Assembly (NCBI GenBank): GCA_002269645.1
Contig: NIVC01000583.1
Span: forward strand, 248,001 to 312,000
Length of the DNA stretch: 64,000 nucleotides
Origin: Macrostomum lignano
Lineage: Eukaryota
Direction of reading: 5' to 3'
Positions 1 through 11,264 of the stretch are shown one piece after another. The position numbers and the translations under genes were made by a program. Under the pieces are notes generated by a model that saw only the letters and a list, made by a program, of their open reading frames with translations, ran no database searches and was not told the origin of the DNA. Every line of letters begins with the position of its first letter. Within the stretch, counting starts at the first letter, position 1.

Positions 1-58
1 TCTGAATTCCTACGTATACATTATTTTGAGCATGGTTTTTGTGCGCCGTAGGCATGCA

Positions 59-160
59 GGCACTCATTTTACCGCCGCATGAACTCATTTTGGCGCCGCA
101 GGCACTCATTTTAGCGCCACAGGCACTCAATTTGGGTCCGCAGACACTAATTTTGGCGCC
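59..160. repeat. Degenerate 21-bp tandem repeat (GCACTCATTTTGGCGCCGCAG-like, ~5 units), possibly subterminal repeats of a MITE cut by the window edge
   Basis: Units are visible directly. ORF 39..260 is their translation. A GC-rich end-like motif CCCCCCAGTGGCGACGCCT lies at ~225-245. Confidence 0.6.
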
Positions 161-2051
161 AAAAATCGCTATCTTTTGGCGCTCTGAAGCAAAACTATTG
201 ATTTCCACAAGGGGTCACACCCCTCCCCCCCAGTGGCGACGCCTAGGAGCTGTCTTTTAAACTGCTCAAGCCCGGGAGCAGAAATATACTGAGCAATGAG
301 GACTATACTAAAAAAGTACCTGCTACGCTTTAAGAGTTAAGAGCTTCGATCGTGAGCAGTTTGGGGGAAGGAATTATGAGAGCAGGGGAAAGGCGAGAAA
401 GCCTTAGCGAGGCGGATCGAACTATTAGACTTTGCTTTGGGAAGGGTTTAGCAAACTTTCTTGAGCTCCTGCGCACTGTCTCTGGCTGTACGAGTGTACA
501 CCCAGTAAGAGCAGAGCGGGGTTGGCTGCCTACCTGGGCTGGAGCTGGCCAAAGAAGAGTAGATGAGGATCGGGGGAAGCTGTGTGCCTTGAGCCTAACT
601 AGCTGGAGCTCCCGGAGCCTAATCGGTTGCAAGGGCAAACGGACAGAGTTGACTGACCTTCAACTGGAGCTCTCTTGGCAGCGCCCATCAACAACAATCA
701 CAGGATAATAATAGCCCAGCTATTCTTACCCTTTTCACCGCTCACCTGATTTCTTTTTTCTCTTTCCCAGAGTCTCCAGGCGGTCTGAATCCTGTGCCCT
801 CCATCTCCAGTTTAATTGTTGGCGGCCGGCACAGTGAATAGCATTGTCAGCGTCTGCATAAAAATCGACCTTAAAGAAAAGAGAAAAAGAGGGTATAGGA
901 GGGAGAGAAAAACCTCATTGAGACTTGAAACCGGAGGCGGGCTCGCCATCAGTGAAGCGTCTCTGACGGCCTCCTCCCTGCAGCTCCTTCCCCTTCCCTT
1001 TCTTTCTACCCTTGTCCTGCACACAACTCACTGCTTTGAAGACTCTTTTTTATTGCTAAGAGACTGAAAGACACGCTCGTATATAATGGACCTTCGCAAC
1101 AGAGGCATAAGAGAGCAAAGCTGAGCTGGGATGCTTGCTCACCCAGCCACTTGTCACAGAAGCGCCTCTTAACTGCGTCCTTTATAAGCAAGCAATAAAT
1201 CAAATTCCGCTTCTACCATCAAGGTAAGTCTAAACAGGCATTCCTAGAAAATGAGAAATCAATATTTGAATATATTTGAAAATGAAATAAACCCCTTCAT
1301 TGTTTCTTGTCTTGACCTCATTCGTGTGGCCAGCATTCGTACTCAAAATTTTTCATGAAGCTGTTCGAGTAGTTCTTATCTCGATTCCCCATGGTTTGAA
1401 AAGCCCTGCTTTCTCCCTTCACTGGCTTCGGGACACCTTCGATCGAGACAGGACAAGGAGTGCATGCTAAATTAAAAGAATGGCAATGTTCACTGCCCCC
1501 AGATCAAATACAGTCATTGATTATGTGATGAAAAAAAGATTTTTCCGATCTCCGCAGTGTATTTTTTCCAGGAAATAGGCCTCCAAATATTACCCGAATT
1601 TTGAGTTTTTACGTCCTGTTATACTACAGAGGTCCTTGGTTCGGGAATATGCTAACATCCTTGGTGGTAGCTAATAGGCGTTCTAGATAGCGCTTCAGGA
1701 TAGCGTTGTCCACATGTCCTGCCCGAGCTCTCTAAACATGTACATAAAAGTGAAAAAGACTTCATCTTGCCGATTTTCTTTCTTCGTTCATCACTTGAAA
1801 TATTTTCGTCCTGAAACAGTCGTCACTCTTCAGATTGACCTTTCTCTTAAGTGAGCTGGGCTGCTCACACGCATTGAATTTGATCCATGGATGCACAGAA
1901 GGGACGATGAAAAGGTGGAAAAAGTGTATCTCATAATATCTGCTTTTGGGACGCGAAAATATTGCGCAATATGCAGCGTGCTTGTCATAAAAGCGTGCAA
2001 GCATTAGCTGTCACCTGTTGCCAGACTGCCAGCTGCCAGCCATGACAAGCG

Positions 2052-2525
2052 ATGGGCTGCGGAGTCAGTCACGCCCGAGTGCACCCGGCAGCATCAGCGG
2101 CAGTCGAGGCTGACTCTGCGACAAGTACCGAAGCAGTCCCGGCCGATAGCGACCGATCGGAGCTGTACTGCGCCGGCTCATCCAGCCGCAGCTGCAACCG
2201 GCTGGCGCTGACTGCCGCCATCAACGATTCTCCCCGACTGCGTCAGGGTTCCGCCTACTTCAGCTCCACTCGCGTGATCGACCAGCTCGGCCAGAGCCTG
2301 ACGCTGAGCCTGTCGGGTGACAACGAACTGCTGACGGTGGAACTGACGCTGGCGGCCTCGCTGGCTGCGGCCAGCATCGCCCGGGGCTCCTTGGCCGAGA
2401 AGGTCATTCGGGCGTCTCTGCTTCGACGCGATCTGCGAGCGATCGATGCCGGAGCGGGGTACAGAAGCGGCACTGTGCGGCGGAGACCGCGATCGCTGCC
2501 GAATCTGAAGCACTGCTTCTACTAG
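2052..2525 (+). CDS. Orphan 157-aa ORF with N-terminal MGCGVS dual-acylation-like motif
   Basis: ATG-to-stop ORF in a GC-rich island. MGCxxS matches the myristoylation (G2) plus palmitoylation (C3) consensus. No recognisable domain. Confidence 0.5.
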   Translation: MGCGVSHARVHPAASAAVEADSATSTEAVPADSDRSELYCAGSSSRSCNRLALTAAINDSPRLRQGSAYFSSTRVIDQLGQSLTLSLSGDNELLTVELTLAASLAAASIARGSLAEKVIRASLLRRDLRAIDAGAGYRSGTVRRRPRSLPNLKHCFY

Positions 2526-2654
2526 AACTACTAGGGCTGCGTGCAGAACCGAAGTAGAAGCTAGAAGAAGAAGTAGAAGTGGGAGCGGGAGCGCCCCCAT
2601 GCACATGCTAAGGTTTTGTATCCGAGCGTGGCATGCCAGACCCATCAATTTTAA

Positions 2655-3412
2655 CAGTAGGAATGCCAAGCCATTTTTCCGCCCGTCGAACTACCGAGGA
2701 GGGGGGGGAATTTACCCCCCTGACAATTATTTTGCTGCGCCGGAGCGGAGCAACGCAGGCACACGAAATTCAAGAACACGGGCAGAATTTTTGTTGCGCA
2801 CCTTCTCAAACAAGAATCAAGTCGGCAAGCCTTCGGACCGTCGAGATATTCGACGATTTTGCCAGAAGGTCAGATTTTTCTTATAAGCGCCAGTGTATTC
2901 AGTACACCCCTGTGCGCCAATCAGCACTGCGCCTCAGTGCAGCCTTGCCAAGTCTCCAAATTTCATCAGCACATCGACCACATGTGTCTGCATCATCTCT
3001 GACTTCGTTGTTCACTAGCCTTCATCCAGGCGGAGCTTCTGGACCTTCAACAGGTGGCACCAGGTGACTATGATGCGAATTTCTCTAGTTTCGCTGATCA
3101 AGCCTCGACAGTGGGCAAACCGCAACTGCTGATGAAATTCGGAGACTTGGCAAGGCTGCACTGAGGAGCAGTGCTGATTGGCGCACAGGGGTGTACTGAA
3201 TACACTAGCGCGCTAATGGAAAAAATCCGACCTTCTGGCAAAATCGTCGAATATCTCGACGGTCCGGAGGCTTGCCGACTTGATTCTTTTTTGAGAGGGT
3301 GCGCAACAAAAAGTTGGCCCGAGTTCTTGAATTTCGTGTGCCTGCGTTGCTCCGTTCCGGCGCAGCAAAAAAGTTGTCAGGGGGGATTTCCCCCCTCTTG
3401 GTAGTTCTGCTG
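2655..3412. mobile_element. Foldback MITE, probably piggyBac-derived
   Basis: Long inverted arms (~2688-2975 vs ~3125-3407). TTAA on both sides (2651-2654, 3413-3416) with imperfect termini CAGTAGGAAT / AGTTCTGCTG. Arm motifs are shared with the end of the piggyBac remnant at 44094-44180. Confidence 0.75.
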
Positions 3413-4783
3413 TTAATCTTGGCATCCCGAATCTGGACCTACCGATGCCAAATTGTCATCCTATTTTTTTCCCAGCTGGGATGCCATTAATTCAAGTTCC
3501 GTGTTTTCTGTAATTCATATTTTATTTGAAGCACCAATCATTTTACAATTATAGGGATTCTTGGGATTTTATGACTCTATCAGTTGTCAAATTTCATTAC
3601 TCTGTAAACATGGAGTCTGTAGACTGCTGTAATAGCCTGTTCCTGCCAGCAAATTAACTGCCACCACAGATACTAAAGTAACTTGATGATGGGCCACTCA
3701 GGCTTAAAACAGCTTTTCTACTTTTAGTTCAGTTTCAAAGAAGAATACATAAGCTATTCTGTAAAAATAAAGGCAGCTGAGATGACTTTGATAAGTTTAG
3801 AACTTAGAAGTTGTCCCTGAATGCTTTTTAACTTGCTACTGAACTGAAAGTAGAATTTGTGTGTGACGGACCTTTTGGTTCTGGGGGATTTAATCTCAGT
3901 TGATGCCACCAAAATGTCGTAGTGGAAAGTCTGGGGACTATATCTATGACTTACGGCTGTTGCCAATTTTTTAGGGGACTTGGGAATTTCTTGGAATTGG
4001 GGAAAATATCCTATTTCTATTACTATGAGGAGCATACTTCAACGATACTCCGGTAGCGTTAGTATCCGAGCGGAAAGACACTTTGAGGAGAAGGGCTACG
4101 TGATGGACCAGAGTTGCCTGGGTAACGGGGGCGCACTATCCTAAGAGGGGATTTTGATGTCTAATGGGGAATTTTGGTAGGGAGGGCGGAACACCTAATG
4201 GAGAATTGGATAAGAAGGCAGGACGCCTAATAGATGAGGGATTTTAGGGATAAGCAAAATGCCTGCGGAGATAGAACGTCTAAGAGAACCGCTCTAGCCA
4301 GGAGAGAAGGAGGGAGAGGCAGCAGACCTTCAAATAAGAAACACTGACTCAGATGCTATTTTTAGAACGAATGTTGAGCACGAAGCTTTAGTAATAGGCA
4401 CACGAGAGCAAGCCCGAGAAGATGTCTGTTCGGTATATTTTTCGCTTGTTTTTATAGTAACAGTATGCAATTCGGCAGACTATTTTTAAACAAAGATTCA
4501 GTATAAGTAGAGTATTTTACAAGTAATATTTATTTTCGACATATTTAAAAATAATTTTCGCAATGGCAAAATTTTAATAGAAAAATAAGTTTGTAAATAA
4601 ATAAATAATAATGAAAAACACATGTACTACAGAAAAATGTTACTACATCAACTGGCTTTCCTGCAAAATATAATTGAACGCTAATGATAAATGATAACAT
4701 GAAAATTTTCACGAAAAAAGTTATAGGCCTAAGTAATAGATAATTGATAATAGTAAAAGTTACTAACAGTTACGAATTTCAGT

Positions 4784-5365
4784 TCACTGGAATCGGAATT
4801 CTTCCGGCAAGTGGTCCGGGTCAGGCCAGCCGCACTTTTCGCCGATCCAGCGGACCTCAGTGGCCGTGTTCTCCTGATTGAAGCGCCGAATGCCGCGCCT
4901 CAGATCCTGCAGCGCGTAGCAGGTGGCGCGCCGCCAAGCAGCCACAGCCTGGGCTGGCTGCATCAATTTCAGTTCGTCGATCGTCGGCGTCACCTCCTCT
5001 CTCTGGGGGAAAATGCGCCCATCTAGGCGGAAGCGCCCTACTCGCACTAGGTAGACTTTGAGGGTCGTCACGTACCGTCGGTACTGGGCACGGCGAAACT
5101 CGGGCAAATCCGCCACGACCTCGCTGAAATTCACGCCGATCTCGTGCAGTGGTCGGGTGTGCCGTGGTCCGACCTCGGGCATCAGCGGCGGTATCTTCGC
5201 CTTCTCAGTCTCCAAGTTCATAGGCAGCACAGCAGAGGGACCGGCCCTGGCCTGATGTGGCGGTGGAGTTACCAACGGTTTGGCTGGCGCTCTAGGCCTA
5301 TCTCGGGGTCTCCACGGAGACGACGGGGAGGCTGACTGGCGGTGAAGATTCTCTTCTGAACTCAT
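4784..5365 (-). CDS. Intact 193-aa ORF of unknown function directly downstream of the Gypsy pol, same strand
   Basis: Uninterrupted ORF, GC-richer than its flanks. Pro-rich N-terminus and a non-repetitive C-terminal half. No homology recognised. Confidence 0.5.
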   Translation of the reverse strand: MSSEENLHRQSASPSSPWRPRDRPRAPAKPLVTPPPHQARAGPSAVLPMNLETEKAKIPPLMPEVGPRHTRPLHEIGVNFSEVVADLPEFRRAQYRRYVTTLKVYLVRVGRFRLDGRIFPQREEVTPTIDELKLMQPAQAVAAWRRATCYALQDLRRGIRRFNQENTATEVRWIGEKCGWPDPDHLPEEFRFQ

Positions 5366-6039
5366 TGGGCTAAACTTGACGAAAAAGTTCAGGGAATAAA
5401 AATCAGTCAGATAGTAGGAGAATTAAAAGTCGGAACGACAGTTGGCGGGTTGGAATTGTTGTTCTAAGCTTGAAAATCTCTTGGTCTTATGATCCCCTTA
5501 TGCTTATTGTTTGGGACTTCCTAATTTTCGTAACCCACCCCAATTTCTGTCTTTTTCGAGCTCTCATTTCTTTCTAGATCGATAATTTCGGGGTTTCTTT
5601 GTACATTCACATTGTCCATACTTAGTTCCCTCTTGGTCTAAATTTTGGGGTCGATTGTGCAATCGGGGACGGCGAGACTCGAGTGGAAAGGCAAAAATTT
5701 GAGATTGCGCAAAACATTCAGGGCTGTTAGTAGGCGCTTGAGGTGACATCCACATCTTTGTTTAGCTTGGGGTTCGCGCCTTAAATTATAGGGGTGAGGG
5801 TGTGCGTGTTCGAGATCTCGCAGGGCTGGAGAGGGGGGTTGGGGCTGAGGGATCTCTTCGTTCGGGGCCTCGTTCTCAGACTCATCTATTATTTCATTCC
5901 CTTCCTCTGTCTCGGCTTCACTCCATTCTTCTATCTGATTCGGAAATTTCAGCTGGTTCTGGCAAAATTGGCTTCACAGTTTTCCGGCGGGGGTGGCTTT
6001 CCTTAATTGAAAGTTTTCTCTTGACTTTAGTTGAAACGG

Positions 6040-6392
6040 GAGCAGGAGCGGAAGTGGGAAGCGGGAGCAGAAGTGGGAGCGGGAGCGGAAGCAGAAGTAG
6101 GAGCGGGAGCGGTAGTGGGAGCGGAAGTGGGAGCGGAAGTGGGAGCGGGAGCGGTAGTGGGAGCGGAAGTGGGAGCGGAAGTGAGAGCGGGAGCGGAAGT
6201 GGGAGCGGGAGCGGAAGTGGGAGCGGGAGCGGAAGTGGGAGCGGGAGCGGAAGTGGGAGCGGGAGCGGAAGTGGGAGCGGGAGCGGAAGTGGGAGCGGGA
6301 GCGGAAGCGAAAGTGGGAGCGGGAGCGGAAGTGGGAGCGGGAGCGGAAGTGGGAGCGGGAGCGGAAGAGGGAGCGGGAGCGGGAGTGGGAGC
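6040..6392 (-). repeat. 18-bp tandem repeat encoding (SAPAPT)n in the Gypsy integrase C-terminal tail
   Basis: GCGGAAGTGGGAGCGGGA units. In frame with MLVHRDNLTP in ORF 6027..6470(-). Confidence 0.85.
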
Positions 6393-6863
6393 GCTCTCCT
6401 GGCTTTCCTTAGGAGTTTGTTCTATGGTTGAATTTGGCACGGGAGTTAAATTGTCACGGTGCACTAGCATTTCTTCCCCACTTGGCTGGGCCGTGTCTGT
6501 CTATGGTTCAATGCTTTTTTCATTTCTTTAGCCCGGTCCAAGTTTGGAAGAAATATATTCTTTCCGTTTCTTTCTGTCTATGGCCCAAAGTCCCCGGCTT
6601 CGAGCTCGCTTCTAGGCCTCGGCTGCGCCTCGGCCAAGAACGAGCTCTCAGCCGAGGAATTCGGGCCAAAGAAGGGAAGAAACGGAAAGAACTTATACTA
6701 CCTTTCCAATTAGTTTTCCATCTTTTAACTTCTGGACTTTGAAGACTACTTCGGATATTTGGGCCAACACTCTAGAGGCGGAACTCTTCTTTCGATGAAA
6801 CTTGTGGCATTCTTCGCTATCTAATTGACGGTTATTAATTAAGGCGAGGCAGCCTATGGGTAC

Positions 6864-7779
6864 CAAGGACCACTAGAAGAAGGACGGGACACTTTGTTTC
6901 TTAGACAACAACAACAACAACAACAAAATACGCGGCCCCGCAAGCAAAGTCAGTTAGAGCAGGGCGCGTCAGATGGCGCGCCGCAGAGCCTGGGAGCGAA
7001 CGAAATCCGCTCCGTTGGCAGTGTCGGGCGCCCCAGCGTCGCACAGCAGGCAGTCCACGTATCGACGGGTTCGGGCCTGACCCCGCCTGAACGGGCCCTG
7101 CAAGGTGAGCAGCAGGACGTCCTGAACGGGTTGGGGGCAGTAGCCCTCGGTCCGGATCACGTGGCCCGCCAGTTGGAGTCGCCGTCGGCGCAGGATGGTG
7201 GACGGGCGCTGCAGCTTGGCCCGATCGTACAGGGCCTCGGTCCCGACGCTCTCGTCAGCTCGAAAGGCCGCACGGAGCAGCCCTGAGTGCGCCGAGTCCA
7301 GCTGCCGCTCTAGCGTAGCCGTCAGCGTCCACGTCTCGGTGTTGTATAACAGGACGGTTTCGACCACCGCCTGCCACAGCCGAGCCCTCTGGCGGTCGGG
7401 CAGCGCTTCGGACTGGAGGACGGCTCGGATCGAACGAAAGGCCTCTGCGCCGTTGGAGGTCCTCTTCCACGTGGGGCACCAGACCGCCGAGGTAGGTGAA
7501 CCGCTGGCAGCGTGCGTGCGTGCGTATTATAACTAAAATAATATGAAGATCAATTATTCATGAAAAAATCTTTATAAAATCTGTTGAAGCAACATGTCTT
7601 GTAAGTTATATCAAAAGAAGAGCATTGTATCTGCTTTTAATAAAAAGCTATCACCATTTTAAAGTGAAAAAAAGTGAAAATTTCCTATCTCGCTAGTGCA
7701 TTTTCCGTGAAAATCAGCCTTTACCGGTAATAAATTTTCCAAGAAACGAAGTGTCCCGTCCTTCTTCTAGTGGTCCTTG
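6864..7779. mobile_element. Non-autonomous TIR DNA transposon (hAT- or P-type, 8-bp TSD) inserted in the Gypsy integrase
   Basis: TIR of ~40 bp, CAAGGACCACTAGAAGAAGGACGGGACACTT... / ...AAGTGTCCCGTCCTTCTTCTAGTGGTCCTTG. Perfect TSD ATGGGTAC at 6856-6863 and 7780-7787. Confidence 0.92.
6905..7505 (-). mobile_element. 5'-truncated RTE-like non-LTR retrotransposon nested in the TIR element
   Basis: Post-RT motifs FTYLGG, VETVLLYNTETWTLT..LERQLDSAH..LLR and RRRRLQLAGHV. (TTG)n tail on the minus strand, seen as (CAA)n at ~6905-6927. Confidence 0.85.
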
Positions 7780-10700
7780 ATGGGTACTTCCTGTGGGAGC
7801 TTATTAACTTCGGCGGCGACCGGTCTTTTCTCAACTACTTTCTGCTACTATTCGTTCCAGTAGTATCTTGATGACGGTATCAGATTTTTGGTTTCTTATT
7901 GGGAAAGCGAAGGGGTATCGAGTTGTGCTATCAACAACTGTAAACACATATTTGTGACCTCGCTCGCTTTCTTTGGATATCGGTCCGATAATATCGATGT
8001 GTAAGCGGCTAAAGGCTTCGCCAATCGGGAATGACAAAGTGTTCTTTCTTGCTTTCCAGGCAGGGGATGCACTCAGCATCAGCTGCTCGATAGAAGTGCT
8101 CAGTCTGGGTCGCTAGAATCTGTCTCTAATTCGTTGAATGGTTTTGTCCCTTCCTAAATGTCCTGCCAGTGGGCTACAGTGGAGGTCAGTAAACACTGTC
8201 TTGTCTAGAGATGGGGGAAAATTAATTTGTACTTTCCATCTTCTCCTTTTCTTCTCCTTCTCCATCTTCTACTTTCCATCTTTCCATCTTCCATCTTCCG
8301 TCAGCAAGCCATTATCGATTCGCATTGCTTCTAGATGCTTACTCATCTTTTTCAATTCTGCGAGCTCGTCCGGTGATTTGAGGGAGTTGGTTTCGATTTT
8401 GAACCTTAGCTTCTAGCAAAGCTTGAATGATGGGGTCAGCAGCTTGTGCTTCTAGAATCTGCTCTTTCTTCAGGGGGCTGGGGAGATAGTCGGTAAGCAT
8501 TTTCTCGCACTTTCCAGTCTCTTCACCCTCTTCTCTTCCTGAGACAAACAGCTTTGTCCTAGAATTGGGACATTCAGGCTGGGTCTCACTTCCTATTGGG
8601 ACTTCAGGTGACTGGGACATGAGATTGTCCTTAGTTTCAATCTGAGCACTCTCACTTCTCAGGGGGAGGGGGTCAATTTCTCAACTTTGGCTGGACTTTG
8701 AGCAGGGGTTGGCTCAGGGTTCTCAGGGGGGAGTGATTCAAGTGATTCAGGGGTTTCATGGGTTGGATTCACTTCAGCGGGTTCGGCTTGTTGTCTGGAT
8801 AGTCCCCATCAGCATTGGAATGCTGTGCGCCGCTTCTGTGTTCTATGTCGAACCTGAAAATACCAGTAGCTTCAGTCTGCTTCAATGAGCCAAATAATCG
8901 CTTTGTGATCAGTTCGGGCTAAGAAGTTCTTGCCGATCAGATAGAATCTGAAGTACCTCATAGCGTCGACAATGGGAAATATTTTTTCCGAGTAATGGGT
9001 AACGCTTCTCAGACTTTCATTTTTGCTCTGCTAAAATAGGCTATTGGTCGCTCGATGCCGTCGCTCTGGATTTGGCCAAGGCATGCGCCAATCCTGTCAT
9101 CACTGGCATCAGTGTCGAGCACCATTCTCACATTTTCGTCATCGACATATTCGGGATAGGCTAATACGAGTACTTCAGTGGACATCATTCGTTGCTTCAG
9201 GGAGTCAAAGGCTTCGTCATGCACTTTGTTTCATTTTGCTTGAAAATTCTGAACTCCTTTTCGGGTCAATTGAAACAGTGGGTGGGCGACTTCGGCGTAA
9301 TTTTTAACAAATCGGCAATACTAATTGCATAAACCGAGAAAACTGCGTAATTCTTTCACGGATTTGGGTCTGGGCCAGGTTCTAATCGCTTCGATTTTGG
9401 CTTCGTCAGTTCTAATTCCTTTACTACCAATCGCGTGTCCTAAGTATTTCAATTCTTGGTGAAATAGATTGCACTTTTAGGGTCTCAGTTTTAGACCTGC
9501 GGTAATCAGCCTTTTAAACACTTTTCTTAGATGCTCTAAATGATCTTCAAATGCTTTGGAATATGTTATTATGTCATCGATATACATGTAAGACATGGCG
9601 AACTTGTGTTGGATTCCTAACAGTACAAGGTTTCAAAAGTTCCGGGGGCATTAGATAGTCCTTGGGCCATTACTTGATATTCAAATTGTCCTCTAGATAG
9701 GGTTGAGAAGGCGGTCCTGTGCTTGTCTTCTTCTTTGATGGGGACTTGCCAGTATCCTGAGTTAAGATCTAGGCTGCTAAAGTACTGGCTACCTGTTGGG
9801 TGGGAGAATGTCTCTTTGGATATTGGGGAGGGGTATAAAGGGATAATAATTTACTCTTCAATTGAGCACGATGAAGTCACTAACAATTCTAATAGAACCA
9901 TCTTTCTTGGGCAAAATTACTAGAGGGGTTGAGTAGGTTGAATAGCAGGGTCTAATAGATTTTTGGCTATCATGTCGTCTAGCTGGGCGTCAACTTGCTT
10001 TTGCAGATGCGGAGGATGCGTCTAGCTGGGATTCTAACGGGAGCGGGGTCTTTGATAGATATTTCGTGGGTTACTAAGTGTGTCAGGCCCATGTCAAGTT
10101 CATTCTGGGAGAAGGCTTCGAAATTTTCTTTCATTAGGTCAATGGCTTATTCGGTACATTGGGTTTGGTTAACTTTCGCGGGGGTTCAGCGCTAGTTGAT
10201 ATGGTTTGCCAATAGGTTAGATCTTTGGCCTTTATGGGTTTGGGGTAATCCTATTAGGGAGGTTTTGGTTAGGCTCACATCTACTGGGTGGCGGTTAATA
10301 ATCTCTGTCTCCAAATTTCACTTGAGTGGACACCTCTCCTTCTAATTGGACTGCGGTACCGTCAAAAGTACTAATGCTTCGGTTGATGTCTCGGATTTGA
10401 TCAGCACGGAACAGCTTAGACAGGTTGAGCGGCTCAGAAAATTATTTCTAGCTCCTGTGTCTAGCAAGAAGTCAATTGATTCTTTCTGGATATCGCCGAC
10501 AATTACAGCTTCATAGCCTTCTAGCTTAGTCAGGTCGATGCGGGATGGGAATTTGGATTTTTGCTTTTGTCGTTTCCTTTAACGATCTTTAGCACTGGAT
10601 ACAGCATTGCTAGATATGTTCGCGTTGGATACATGGGATGCAGACGCATGAGATATATGAGAGGTAGCTAGTAGCATTGGACACGTGAATAGCAGTCGCA

Positions 10701-11264
10701 TGGGGGGTATTGAACACATGGGAAGCAGTCGGCATCATCAAGCGCAGAGTGAAAAAGTATTGGGTGAAGCAAAATTCGCATTATTTACAGGTGCTGGCTT
10801 TACATGAGAGGTTTTGCGGGGATAGCGAAAGCCGTACTGGGGTGGTTGCCGGAATTGCGACTGAGTGGTTGGAGGCCTGGAAGTAAGCAAAGTTATGGCC
10901 TGAGGGACGCGGCCTCTTCTCTCGACCCTCCCTTCTCAGTTTCCCGAATTCGGTGAGTTGCGGGTATTTCGAAATCGCAGTGGCTCATAGCCAGGTCTGG
11001 GGTTGGGGGGCTGACGTTCAGCATACCTTTCAGGTCTCGGGGCATATAAGGGGTTTCTGAAGGGGTTCTCGCCTTAGCGGTTGGTTCATCAGCGGCTGGG
11101 GTGGCTGTCTGTACTGCTGCTGGGGGAAAACTTGGGGTGGCGGAGCGCGCTGCGCTGATTCCGTTATTTGCTTTCTCAAGTCCTGAATGACTCGTTCTTG
11201 TCGGTCAATCTCGGTTAGTCAGAAAAATATAAGTTTGTACGCAATATTCGTGTGACTACCACTG

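Larger units (their letters stand above)
5400..11250 (-). mobile_element. Decayed Ty3/Gypsy LTR retrotransposon (gag-pol pseudogene)
   Basis: Minus-strand motifs in Gypsy order: protease FLLDTGA (~10450-10470); RT LDLNSGYWQVP (~9740-9775) and YIDD (9573-9584); RNase H LDTDASD..IGACLGQ..ERPIAYFSR (9030-9130) and RTDHKA (~8900-8920); integrase LHIDIIGP...YVFTVVDSTTRY (7831-8079); integrase tail LVHRDNL (~6450-6470) and HPYNLR (~5775-5795). Many stops and frameshifts. No LTR pair identified. Confidence 0.93.

Noticed and set aside
2178-2669. 163-aa antisense ORF with a signal-peptide-like Leu run, and similar shadow ORFs over 12945-14268 and 37020-37525
   Set aside because: Explained as antisense or alternate-frame shadows of GC-rich coding sequence and short triplet repeats.
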